Source: Vicinamibacteraceae bacterium
GTDB taxonomy: Bacteria > Acidobacteriota > Vicinamibacteria > Vicinamibacterales > JAFNAJ01
Assembly: GCA_039812685.1 (NCBI GenBank)
Contig: JBDIBB010000002.1
Span: 17,291 to 81,290, forward strand
Direction: 5' to 3'
DNA: 64,000 bases
The position numbers were made by a program, and so were the translations under genes. The notes below the pieces were generated by a model. It searched no databases, was not told the origin of the DNA, and saw only the letters and a program-made list of their open reading frames with translations. Of the stretch, positions 1-8,862 are shown piece after piece (the first letter of the stretch is position 1; every line of letters begins with the position of its first letter).

Positions 1-2008
1 GCAGGCCCTCGCACGTCTCACGTCCGGCCGTCCGGCCGTCGTCGCACCACGCCGTGTCCTCACGCCGCACCAGCCGGTGCATGGCCTTGCCCACCCAGTG
101 CGGCAGCGCGTCGTACTCGTGCCACAGGGCGTCGCCGAGATCGTCCTCCCAGAGGGCGCGCGTGAACCGCCGGTACCAGTGCATGAAGATGGCGGCTCCG
201 GCGCTGTCGCGCGTGACCTGGCCGTCCCACTGCCGCAGGCGCTCGAGCGCGGCGCGACCCGCCTCGTCCGGTGGGCTGGTCCGGTCAAGCATCCAGGGCA
301 GCAGCGCGGGCACCTGGGCCGACTGCACGTCGGCGTGCAGCCGCGCGAAGTCGTCGGCCGACAGCCGGTCGGCCGTGCGAAGGCGCTCCAGGATCCGCTG
401 CGCGCGGTACCCCGGTTCCCAGTTCGTCGAGATGAGAGGGAACGCGCCAGCGGGCAGCGCCTGGTTGTTGGCCGTCACCAGCAGCCCTTCGGGCGGATTG
501 AACGCGCGGGGCCAGTCGCGCTCGGGCACGAAGCCGGTCCACTCGTAGGTTGACACCCAGCCGGGCACGGGCAGCGTCCCGTCGCCCGCCGCCCGAATCG
601 GCAGCCGGCCCGGCGCCAGGTACCCGATGTTGCCGTCGACGTCGGCGTAGACCCAGTTCTGGATCGGCGCGCGGTAGGCCGACAGCGCGTGCGTGAAGTC
701 GTCCCACGTGCCGGCGGCCATGACGCCGAAGAACGCCTCGATCGTGGTGTCGTCGGGGTCGAGCGCCGTCCAGCGCAGCGCCAGCGCCTCGCTGGCGGGG
801 TGTTCGAAGGTGTCGCTGACGATTGGTCCGTGGCGCGTGATCCGCACGGCGATCGGCACATCGGCTGCCCCCTTGACGCGGATGATCTCGGTGACGATCT
901 GCAGCGGTTCCCATCGCCCGTCGTACCCGGCCTCGCCCTTCGCATTGAGCCGCTCGACGTAGAGGTCCTGCACATCCGCCATGAGGTTGGTGACGCCCCA
1001 GGCGATTCGCGCGTTGTGTCCGATGACGATGCCCGGCGCGCCGGGCAGCGTGGCGCCAATCGCGTTGATGCGGCCGCCCTCGAGGTGGGCCAGGTACCAG
1101 GTGGAGGGCAGCCGTGCGCCCAGGTGCGGGTCGTTGGCGAGCAGCGGCTTGCCGGTGGCCGAGCGCGCGCCCGACACCACCCAGTTGTTGCTGGCGCCCA
1201 GCGCGCTGGTCACGTACGGCGAATCGGGAACGGTCGAGGCGAGCCGCGCGAGGCGCGCGAGCCAGTCGGCCGGCGAGACGGCCGCCCCTCCGGCCGGCGC
1301 TTCCGTCACGGGCGCCGCAACCGGCGGCGCGGCCGCCGGCGTCAGGCCATGCGGCAGGATCAGCGGCCACTCGTCGCTGTAGGCGGGCAGCAGCGCCTGC
1401 GCCCCGTCGGCGCCGACGCGCGCGGCGATCTTCGCGCGCAGCATCTCGTCGCGGTAGTTCGTGCTCAAGGTCAGCGCCATCACCTTCGCCCACGCCAGGA
1501 CGTCGGCCGGCGTGTACGGCTCGGGCCGGACGCCGAAGATGGCGAACTCGATGGGCCACTGCTGGCTCGATCGCGAGGCGATCACCGCGTTGACGCCCGC
1601 CACGTAGGCCTCCAGCAGCCGGCGGGTCTCGGGCGAGAGCGTCGCGATGGCCCGCACGGCGGCGCGGTGCAGACCGAGCGTGCGGAACAGCCGGTCGGTG
1701 GGAAGCGCCGCCTCGCCGAGGATCTCCGCCAGGCGTCCGGCGCCGAGCCGCCGCTGGAACTCGAGTTGCCACAGCCGATCCTGCGCGTGGACGACGCCGA
1801 GGCCGAAGATCGCGTCGGCTTCGCTGGCCGCCCGGATGTGGGGAATGCCGTATTCGTCGCGCAGCACCTCGATTGGCGCCGTCGCGCCAGGCAGCTTCAA
1901 GGTGCCGCTGACGACCGGCAGCGCGTACCACAGCCGTCCCAACACCAGCGCGGCCGCCAGCAGCGCCACCAGCGCCGCCCACCGGCCCACGGCCCACAGT
2001 CGTCGCAT
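1..2008 (-). CDS. penicillin/AHL acylase family Ntn-hydrolase (C-terminal end runs off the window)
   Basis: Absent from the ORF track because it has no stop inside the window. My translation from ATG 2008..2006 gives MRRLWAVGRWAALVALLAAALVLG (signal/TM), then IPHIRAASEADAIFGLGVVHAQDRLWQLEFQRR, then in-frame GASNNWVVSG (nucleophile Ser codon 1192..1190). Track ORF 285..2096 is the wrong frame of the same gene. Confidence 0.8.
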   Translation of the reverse strand, partial: MRRLWAVGRWAALVALLAAALVLGRLWYALPVVSGTLKLPGATAPIEVLRDEYGIPHIRAASEADAIFGLGVVHAQDRLWQLEFQRRLGAGRLAEILGEAALPTDRLFRTLGLHRAAVRAIATLSPETRRLLEAYVAGVNAVIASRSSQQWPIEFAIFGVRPEPYTPADVLAWAKVMALTLSTNYRDEMLRAKIAARVGADGAQALLPAYSDEWPLILPHGLTPAAAPPVAAPVTEAPAGGAAVSPADWLARLARLASTVPDSPYVTSALGASNNWVVSGARSATGKPLLANDPHLGARLPSTWYLAHLEGGRINAIGATLPGAPGIVIGHNARIAWGVTNLMADVQDLYVERLNAKGEAGYDGRWEPLQIVTEIIRVKGAADVPIAVRITRHGPIVSDTFEHPASEALALRWTALDPDDTTIEAFFGVMAAGTWDDFTHALSAYRAPIQNWVYADVDGNIGYLAPGRLPIRAAGDGTLPVPGWVSTYEWTGFVPERDWPRAFNPPEGLLVTANNQALPAGAFPLISTNWEPGYRAQRILERLRTADRLSADDFARLHADVQSAQVPALLPWMLDRTSPPDEAGRAALERLRQWDGQVTRDSAGAAIFMHWYRRFTRALWEDDLGDALWHEYDALPHWVGKAMHRLVRREDTAWCDDGRTAGRETCEGL

Positions 2009-2025
2009 GCCTGCCTCCGGCCGGG

Positions 2026-2952
2026 ATGATACGATCTCCGGGGATGAGCAGCGTGATCCCCCCAGACCGCCTGCGTGAGCGGCCGCGCGAGCCCAAGCCC
2101 GAGTGGTTGAAGGTGCGCGCGCCGGGTTCGGAGAACTACGTCCGGCTGAAGCAGCTGATGCGCGGGCTGAAGCTGAACACGGTGTGCGAGGAAGCGCACT
2201 GTCCCAACATCGGCGAGTGCTGGCACTACGGCACCGCCACGTTCATGATCCTCGGCGACGTGTGCACGCGCGCGTGCGGCTATTGCGCCATCACGCACGG
2301 CAAGCCGCCCACCTACGACCTCACGGAGCCGGCGCGGGTGGCCGATGCGGTTGCCACGCTCGAACTGAAGTACGTCGTCATCACGTCGGTGGATCGCGAC
2401 GATCTGGCTGACGGCGGCGCCTTCATCTTCGCCGAGTCGGTCCGCCAGATCCGCGCCCGTCGGCCGGGCGTACGGATCGAGGTGCTGATTCCCGACTTCC
2501 AGGGCAACGCCGAGTCGCTGCGCGCGGTGCTCGATGCCGGCCCCGACGTGCTGAACCACAACACCGAGACGGTGCCGCGGCTCTACCGGCTGGCCCGATC
2601 GGGCGGTCGCTACGCGCGCACGCTCGAGTTGCTGGAGCGTGCCCGGGCGCACGCGCCGCACATCCCCACCAAGTCGGGGCTCATGGTGGGCCTGGGCGAG
2701 GAGTGGGACGAGCTGGTCGCGGTGCTGCGCGACCTGCGCGGCGTGGGCGTCGAGATCCTCACGATCGGCCAGTACCTCCGCCCGGCGGAGTCGAACCTGC
2801 CGATGATGCGCTACTACACGCCGGCGGAGTTCGCCGAGCTGAAGCGCATCGCCCTCGATCTCGGGTTCGGCCACGTCGAATCGGGCCCGCTCGTGCGCAG
2901 TTCCTATCACGCGCACAAGCAGGCCGACGCGCTCCAGGCCGCGCGGTCCTGA
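2026..2952 (+). CDS. lipA: lipoyl synthase
   Basis: KPEWLKVRAPGSENY, CEEAHCPNIGECW and radical SAM CTRACGYC motifs. The start could instead be 2044. Confidence 0.95.
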   Translation: MIRSPGMSSVIPPDRLRERPREPKPEWLKVRAPGSENYVRLKQLMRGLKLNTVCEEAHCPNIGECWHYGTATFMILGDVCTRACGYCAITHGKPPTYDLTEPARVADAVATLELKYVVITSVDRDDLADGGAFIFAESVRQIRARRPGVRIEVLIPDFQGNAESLRAVLDAGPDVLNHNTETVPRLYRLARSGGRYARTLELLERARAHAPHIPTKSGLMVGLGEEWDELVAVLRDLRGVGVEILTIGQYLRPAESNLPMMRYYTPAEFAELKRIALDLGFGHVESGPLVRSSYHAHKQADALQAARS

Positions 2953-2965
2953 CCGGACGCCTGGC

Positions 2966-3730
2966 ATGGTCACGGCCTCCCGGCAGCCGGCGCGTCGCTG
3001 CCTCGCGCCCGTGCGCGAGGCCATCATCGCCTGCGAGCGCTGTCCGCGCCTGCGGGCCTACTGCCAGCGCATCGCCCGCGAGAAGAAGCGCGCGCACCGC
3101 GACGACACCTACTGGGGCCGTCCGGTCCCCGGCTTCGGCGATCCGGGCGCACGCCTGCTCGTGCTGGGGCTCGCGCCGGCCGCCCACGGCGCCAACCGCA
3201 CCGGTCGCGTCTTCACCGGCGATGCGCCCGGCGGCTCCGGCGACTTCCTCATGGAGGCGATGCACGCGCACGGCTTCGCCAACCAGCCCTTCACGCGGTC
3301 GATCGACGACGGGCTCGAGCTGCACGACGCCTTCATCGCGGCCACCGTGCGATGCGCTCCGCCGCAGAACAAGCCGACGCCGGAGGAAATCGGCCACTGC
3401 ACGGTGCACCTCGATGCCGAACTCGCCTGCCTGACGCAACTGCGCGTCGTGCTGGCGCTCGGGCAGATCGCCACCGGCGCCTTCTTCTCGTGGCTCGCGC
3501 GTCCCGGCGCCCTGGTCCGGCCGCGTCCGGCCTTCGCGCACGGCGCCATCTGGGTGCCCTCGGTCTCCTGGCCACCTGCCGGCGCCTCCCGCCGGCGCCC
3601 GGGCCACGACGTGCCAGCGCTGGTCATGGCCTACCACCCGAGCCGCCAGAACACGAACACCGGGCGGCTGACGCAGGCCATGCTCCGGGATGCATTTGCC
3701 ACCGCGCGGCGTATGCTTGACGCGACGTGA
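2966..3730 (+). CDS. uracil-DNA glycosylase, family 5 (UdgB-like)
   Basis: CERCPRL Fe-S motif and GLAPAAHGANRTGRVFTGD (GLAPA-type motif A of family 5). Confidence 0.8.
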   Translation: MVTASRQPARRCLAPVREAIIACERCPRLRAYCQRIAREKKRAHRDDTYWGRPVPGFGDPGARLLVLGLAPAAHGANRTGRVFTGDAPGGSGDFLMEAMHAHGFANQPFTRSIDDGLELHDAFIAATVRCAPPQNKPTPEEIGHCTVHLDAELACLTQLRVVLALGQIATGAFFSWLARPGALVRPRPAFAHGAIWVPSVSWPPAGASRRRPGHDVPALVMAYHPSRQNTNTGRLTQAMLRDAFATARRMLDAT

Positions 3731-3844
3731 GGAGCCGGCGCGCGGCCCGGGCGCGCGGCCCGACCCCCAGGCCAGCCATTCCGGTCCGGCTTCCGCCTGC
3801 CGCCGGCTTCGCGGGGCACCGTGCTGTGCCCATCGAGGTGGTCC

Positions 3845-5533
3845 ATGCCCGCCGGCCCAGCGTTCGCTCTCGTCCTGCCCTCCTCTACCCATGAGGTCCT
3901 GAACCAGCCCCCGCCCTTCGAAGGGGTGAACCTGTTCGCCTGCGACCGCGCGCTGGTCGAGGGCCTCTCGCGTGAGGGCGCGGCCTGGGCCGTCGAGCGC
4001 GCGCGACTGCTCGGCGCCGCAGCGGCCGGCGAGCCGATGCGCTGGGGCGCGCAGGCCAACGCCAACCCGCCGGCGCTGCGCACGCACGACCGGTTCGGCC
4101 ACCGCATCGACGAGGTGGACTTCCATCCCGCCTGGCACGAGTTGATGCGCACGGCCGTCGCGCACGAGCTCCATGCGCTGCCGTGGCGTCACCGCCGGCC
4201 GGGCGCTCACGTGGCGCGCGCCGTGATGTACCACGTCTTCACCCAGGCGGAGTCGGGCCACGGCTGCCCCATCACGATGACGTTTGCCGCCGTGCCCGCG
4301 CTGCAGGCGACGGCATCGCTCGCCGCCGAGTGGGTGCCGCACCTGACCTCGACCGATTACGATCCCCGCCCGCTGCCGGCAGGCCGGAAGCTCGGCTCGC
4401 TGTGCGGGATGGCGATGACCGAGAAGCAGGGCGGCAGCGACGTGCGCGCCAACACCACGCGCGCCGAGGCCGCTGGCCCCGCGCGCGGCCCGGGCGCCGA
4501 GTACGTGCTCTCGGGACACAAGTGGTTCTGCTCGGCGCCGATGAGCGACGTCTTCCTCGCGCTGGCGCACACCGATCGCGGGCTCACCTGCTTCGTCCTG
4601 CCCCGGCTGCTGCCCGACGGCACGCGAAACCGCATCCTCGTGATGCGATTGAAGGACAAGCTCGGCAACCGTTCGAACGCATCGGGCGAAATCGAGCTCG
4701 ACGGCGCGCACGCGTGGATGCTCGGCGAGGACGGCCGCGGCGTCGCCACGATCATGGACATGGTGGCGCACACGCGGCTCGACTGCGTGATTGGCTCCTC
4801 GGCGCTGCTCCGGCACGCCGTGACGCAGGCGCTGCACCACACGGCGCACCGGCGGGCGTTCGGTCGCCGGCTCATCGACCAGCCGCTGATGCGCAACGTC
4901 CTCGCCGATCTCGCCCTCGAAGCCGAGGCGTCCACCGCCCTGATGCTCAGGCTGGCGCGCGCCTACGACGAGACGGCCGCCGGCGTGGCCGGCGCGCACG
5001 CCTTCGCGCGGGCCGCCACGGCCGCCGGCAAGTACTGGGTGTGCAAGCGCGCCGTGCACGCGGTGGGCGAGGCGATGGAGTGCCTGGGCGGCAGCGGCTA
5101 CGTGGAGGAGTCGATCCTGCCGCGGCTCTACCGCGAGGCGCCGGTGAACTCCATCTGGGAGGGCTCGGGCAACGTGATGTGCCTCGACGTGCTGCGGGCG
5201 ATCACACGCGAGCCGGCGTGCGTCGACGCGCTGCTGGCCGAGGCCGACGCGGCGCGCGGCGCCGACGCCAGGCTCGACGCGTTCGTCGCCTCGCTCGCCG
5301 GCGATCTGCGGCACACGCCGCCGGATGCCGCGGCTGGCGGCGCGCGGCGCCTGGTGTCGCGCCTCGTCCGCGCCCTGCAGGCCTCGCTGCTCGTGCGGGC
5401 GGCGCCGCCCGCCGTCGCCGACGGCTTCGTGGCCTCGCGCATCGCGGAGAACGGCTTCACCGAGTTCGGCACGCTGCCTGACGGGCTCGACCTCGGCGCG
5501 ATCGTCGATCGGGCGCGGCCGATCGAGGAGTAA
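3845..5533 (+). CDS. AidB-like acyl-CoA dehydrogenase family protein
   Basis: THEVLNQPPPFEG, DRFGHRIDEVDFHPAWHELM and the C-terminal ACAD fold (EAMECLGGSGYVEE). GAGGTGG Shine-Dalgarno 4 nt before ATG 3845; the track ORF starts at 3821. Confidence 0.85.
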   Translation: MPAGPAFALVLPSSTHEVLNQPPPFEGVNLFACDRALVEGLSREGAAWAVERARLLGAAAAGEPMRWGAQANANPPALRTHDRFGHRIDEVDFHPAWHELMRTAVAHELHALPWRHRRPGAHVARAVMYHVFTQAESGHGCPITMTFAAVPALQATASLAAEWVPHLTSTDYDPRPLPAGRKLGSLCGMAMTEKQGGSDVRANTTRAEAAGPARGPGAEYVLSGHKWFCSAPMSDVFLALAHTDRGLTCFVLPRLLPDGTRNRILVMRLKDKLGNRSNASGEIELDGAHAWMLGEDGRGVATIMDMVAHTRLDCVIGSSALLRHAVTQALHHTAHRRAFGRRLIDQPLMRNVLADLALEAEASTALMLRLARAYDETAAGVAGAHAFARAATAAGKYWVCKRAVHAVGEAMECLGGSGYVEESILPRLYREAPVNSIWEGSGNVMCLDVLRAITREPACVDALLAEADAARGADARLDAFVASLAGDLRHTPPDAAAGGARRLVSRLVRALQASLLVRAAPPAVADGFVASRIAENGFTEFGTLPDGLDLGAIVDRARPIEE

Positions 5534-5558
5534 CGGCGCGAAGGAACCGGCGGCCCGT

Positions 5559-6971
5559 CTACTTCTTCCTCGGCCTGAAGATGTGCGTCGCCGTGCCGTG
5601 GAAGGCGTCGGCCGCCTCCATCACCGTCTCCGACAGCGTCGGATGCGGGTGGATGGTGAGCCCCAGGTCCTCGGCCGTCGCCGCCATCTCGACGGCGAGC
5701 ACGCCCTCGGCGATCAGCTCACCCGCGCCGGGCCCGACGATGCCCATCCCGAGCAGGCGGCCGGTGGGCCGGTCGAAGATGAGCTTCGTGACGCCGTCGG
5801 TGCGATCGAGGGTGATGGCGCGGCCCGAGGCGGCCCACGGGAACCGCGTGACCTCGATGTCGCGTCCCTCGGCGCGCGCCTGCGCCTCGGTGGGGCCGCA
5901 CCAGGCGAGTTCCGGGTCGGTGAACACCACCGCGGGGATGGCGGCCGGCTCGAAGGCCGCCTTCCGCCCCGCGATCACCTCGACGGCCAGTCGGCCCTCC
6001 GCGCTCGCCTTGTGCGCCAGCATCGGCTCGCCGGCGACATCGCCGATGGCGAAGATCGTCGGCTCCGCGGTCCGCCGCTGCCCGTCCACCTCGAGGAAGC
6101 CCCGCGCGTTCACCTTCACGCGCGTCCGCTCGAGTCCGGGAATCTTCGAGTTCGGACGACGTCCCACGGACACCAGCACCTGGTCGAAGACGTCCTCGCG
6201 CCTGGCGATGCTGGCGCCCTCGAAGGTGACCCGCAGGCCGTCGCGCTCCTCCGTCACGCCAGACACCTTCGTGTTGAGCAGCACCGCCTCGCACATCGCG
6301 CCGACGCGGCGCGCGAGGATGGCGACCAGGTCGCGATCGGCTCCCGGCAGCAGGCCATCGGTCATCTCCACCACGGTGACCGCCGATCCGAGCGCGGCGA
6401 ACACCGTGCCGAGTTCCAGCCCGATGTAGCCGCCGCCGACCACCAGCAGCCGCTTCGGGACGCTGGCGAGTTCGAGCGCCGAGGTGGAGTCGAGCACGCG
6501 CGGGCTGTCGATCGACACGCCCGGCACCCTGGTGGGAGACGAGCCCGTGGCGAGGATGGCGTGCCCGAACTGCACGCGCTGCTCGCCCCCGGCGGCGCGC
6601 ACGACGAGGGTGCGCGGATCGAGGATCTCGCCGCGTCCGCGCAGGTAGGTGATCTTCCGCTGCCTCGACAACTGGCCCAACCCGCCGGTCAGCCGATCGA
6701 CGATGCCCTGCTTCCACCCGCGCAGCCTGTCGAGGTCGATGGCCGGCGGACCGAAGGTCATGCCCCATTCCGCCGCCTGCTTCGTCTCGTTGATCAGCCT
6801 GGCCGCGTGCAGCAGCGCCTTCGACGGGATGCACCCGCGATGGAGGCAGACGCCGCCGGGATTGGCCTCTTCGTCAATCAGCGTGACGCTGAGCCCGAGA
6901 TCGGCGGCCATGAACGCCGCGGCGTAACCGCCCGGTCCGCCGCCGAGAATCGCGAGTTGGGTCGTGTGCAT
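5559..6971 (-). CDS. lpdA: dihydrolipoyl dehydrogenase (E3)
   Basis: GGGPGGY FAD motif and redox disulfide GGVCLHRGCIPSK. Lies directly downstream of E2. Confidence 0.95.
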   Translation of the reverse strand: MHTTQLAILGGGPGGYAAAFMAADLGLSVTLIDEEANPGGVCLHRGCIPSKALLHAARLINETKQAAEWGMTFGPPAIDLDRLRGWKQGIVDRLTGGLGQLSRQRKITYLRGRGEILDPRTLVVRAAGGEQRVQFGHAILATGSSPTRVPGVSIDSPRVLDSTSALELASVPKRLLVVGGGYIGLELGTVFAALGSAVTVVEMTDGLLPGADRDLVAILARRVGAMCEAVLLNTKVSGVTEERDGLRVTFEGASIARREDVFDQVLVSVGRRPNSKIPGLERTRVKVNARGFLEVDGQRRTAEPTIFAIGDVAGEPMLAHKASAEGRLAVEVIAGRKAAFEPAAIPAVVFTDPELAWCGPTEAQARAEGRDIEVTRFPWAASGRAITLDRTDGVTKLIFDRPTGRLLGMGIVGPGAGELIAEGVLAVEMAATAEDLGLTIHPHPTLSETVMEAADAFHGTATHIFRPRKK

Positions 6972-7025
6972 GGCGAAACAGGTGCCCGACCGGCGCGGCC
7001 CCCAGGCCTGCCGGAGATCGTCAAT

Positions 7026-8813
7026 TCACCCCTGGAGCGAGAGCAGGAACGGCTGCTCCAGCGCCTCGGCCACCCAGCGCAGGAAGCGGATGCCGTCGGC
7101 GCCGTCAATCGCGCGGTGATCGTAGGAGAGCGAGAGCGGCAGCATCAGCCGCGGCACGAACGCCCCGTCCTTCCACACCGGTTCCGTGCGCGCGCGCGAC
7201 AGGCCCAGGATCGCCACCTCGGGGTGATTGACGATCGGCGTGAAGTGCGTGCCGCCGATGCCGCCGAGGTTGGTGATGGTGAAACAGCCACCCTGCATCT
7301 CCTCGATCGTCGTCTTGCCGGCGCGCGCCTTCTCGGACACCGCCGCCAGCTCGGCCGCGAGCTGCAGGATGTTCTTCCTGTCCACGTCGCGAATGACGGG
7401 CACGAGCAGCCCGCGGTCGGTGTCGACCGCGATGCCGACGTGCACGTACTGCTTGAGCACGATCTCGCCGGTGGACATGTCAACCGACGCGTTGAACTGC
7501 GGGAACGCCTTCAGCGCGGCACCCAGCACCTTGAGGGCGATGGCCGTGACGGTGAGCTTGCCGCCGGCGGCCTCGGCGCGCCGGCCGAACTGCTGGCGCA
7601 GGCCCTCGATGACCGTGATGTCGGCCAGGTCGAACTGCGTGACGTGCGGGATGTGCGTCCACGCCGTCGAGAGCCGTTCGGCGGTGGTGCGCCGCACGGC
7701 ACGCATCGGCGTGCGCTCGATGGCGCCCCACTTCGAGAAATCGGGCAGCACGACCGGCGCCGGGCCCGCCGTGGCCGTCGCCTTCGGGCCGCCGGCGAGC
7801 ATGAGGCGTTTGACGTGCGCCTTGACATCCTCCGCGGAGATGCGGCCGCCGGCGCCGGTGCCCTTCACCTCGTGGATGTCGACGCCGAGTTCGCGCGCGA
7901 CGCGCCGCACCGACGGCGCGGCGGGTGCGGGAGGATGCGCCGCGCGGTCGCTGCCCGCGACGCCGCCGCCCGCCACGCGCGGCGCGTCGCCTTCGGCCTC
8001 CTCGAGCGCGGTCTCGTGCATGCCGGGAAGGTCGGGGCCGGCCGGCGCGCGGCGGCCGTAGACCGCCTGTTGCAGGCCGCCATCGGCCGCGGCCTCCACG
8101 GCGGCCGCCACCGGTTCGTCGGATCCTCCCGGCGGCGGCACGGCGTGCACCTGCTGCACCTTCACCGGTGCCACGCCAGGGGCCGTCTCGGTGGTCTCGA
8201 CCACCAGCACCACGTCGCCAACCGTCACCCTGCGCCCGGTGGTGACGCGGACTTCCCTGATGACCCCACTCACCGACGAGGGCACCTCCACGGTGGCCTT
8301 GTCGGTCTCGAGTTCGATCACGGGCTGATCGCGCTCGATGCGCGATCCGGCCTTGACGAGCACCGACGTCACATCGCCGCCCTCGACGTTCTCGCCGAGC
8401 TCCGGCAGGACGAACTCCACGACCCTCGGCGCGGCGGACGCGGCCTCGACCGGTTCGTTCCGCGCGGCGTCGCCGGGTGAGGCCGTCGCGGGCCCGGCCG
8501 CAGCCGGCACGACGTCAGGCGCGTCGCCTTCACCGGCCCCCACGGTGGGTGGCCCGCCCGCCGGGGGCGCGGTGGCGGCCGCCTCCACGAGGAACACCAC
8601 CTGGCCTGGCTTCACCTTGTCGCCGGGCTTGACCTTCACCTCGGTCACGCGGCCGGCAATCGACGAAGGCACTTCGACGGTGGCCTTGTCGGTCTCGAGT
8701 TCCAGGACGGCCTGCTCGAGCTGTACGTCGTCTCCGGGTGCGACCATCACGCGCAGCACGTCGGCGGCGGTGACGTTCTCCCCGAGTTCGGGCAGAGTGA
8801 ATGCGGTAGACAC
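7026..8813 (-). CDS. aceF: dihydrolipoamide acetyltransferase (E2), two lipoyl domains
   Basis: Two LELETDKATVEVPS lipoyl-lysine motifs, an E3-binding domain (PSVRRVARELGVDI) and the catalytic SLSYDHRAIDGA motif. Confidence 0.95.
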   Translation of the reverse strand: MSTAFTLPELGENVTAADVLRVMVAPGDDVQLEQAVLELETDKATVEVPSSIAGRVTEVKVKPGDKVKPGQVVFLVEAAATAPPAGGPPTVGAGEGDAPDVVPAAAGPATASPGDAARNEPVEAASAAPRVVEFVLPELGENVEGGDVTSVLVKAGSRIERDQPVIELETDKATVEVPSSVSGVIREVRVTTGRRVTVGDVVLVVETTETAPGVAPVKVQQVHAVPPPGGSDEPVAAAVEAAADGGLQQAVYGRRAPAGPDLPGMHETALEEAEGDAPRVAGGGVAGSDRAAHPPAPAAPSVRRVARELGVDIHEVKGTGAGGRISAEDVKAHVKRLMLAGGPKATATAGPAPVVLPDFSKWGAIERTPMRAVRRTTAERLSTAWTHIPHVTQFDLADITVIEGLRQQFGRRAEAAGGKLTVTAIALKVLGAALKAFPQFNASVDMSTGEIVLKQYVHVGIAVDTDRGLLVPVIRDVDRKNILQLAAELAAVSEKARAGKTTIEEMQGGCFTITNLGGIGGTHFTPIVNHPEVAILGLSRARTEPVWKDGAFVPRLMLPLSLSYDHRAIDGADGIRFLRWVAEALEQPFLLSLQG

Positions 8814-8862
8814 GGTCGTCTCTCTGGATGGTCGGCATCGGGCCGGGCGCGCCCGGCCCCTA

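Noticed and set aside
285-2096. 603-aa minus-strand ORF at the left edge
   Set aside because: It is the wrong frame of the penicillin acylase gene. The real frame (no stop in the window, so absent from the track) shows the DRLWQLEF and SNNW motifs.
5325-8480. 1051-aa plus-strand ORF, the second-longest in this region of the track
   Set aside because: It is antisense to lpdA and aceF, which have unmistakable motifs. Its translation is Arg/Gly/Ala/His-rich low complexity with no recognisable domain, which is a typical stop-codon-poor antisense frame in 70% GC DNA.
7900-8813. Internal DNA/protein repeat in aceF
   Set aside because: It is the normal tandem duplication of lipoyl domains in E2 (two ELETDKATVEVPS units joined by Ala/Pro linkers), not a mobile or novel repeat.
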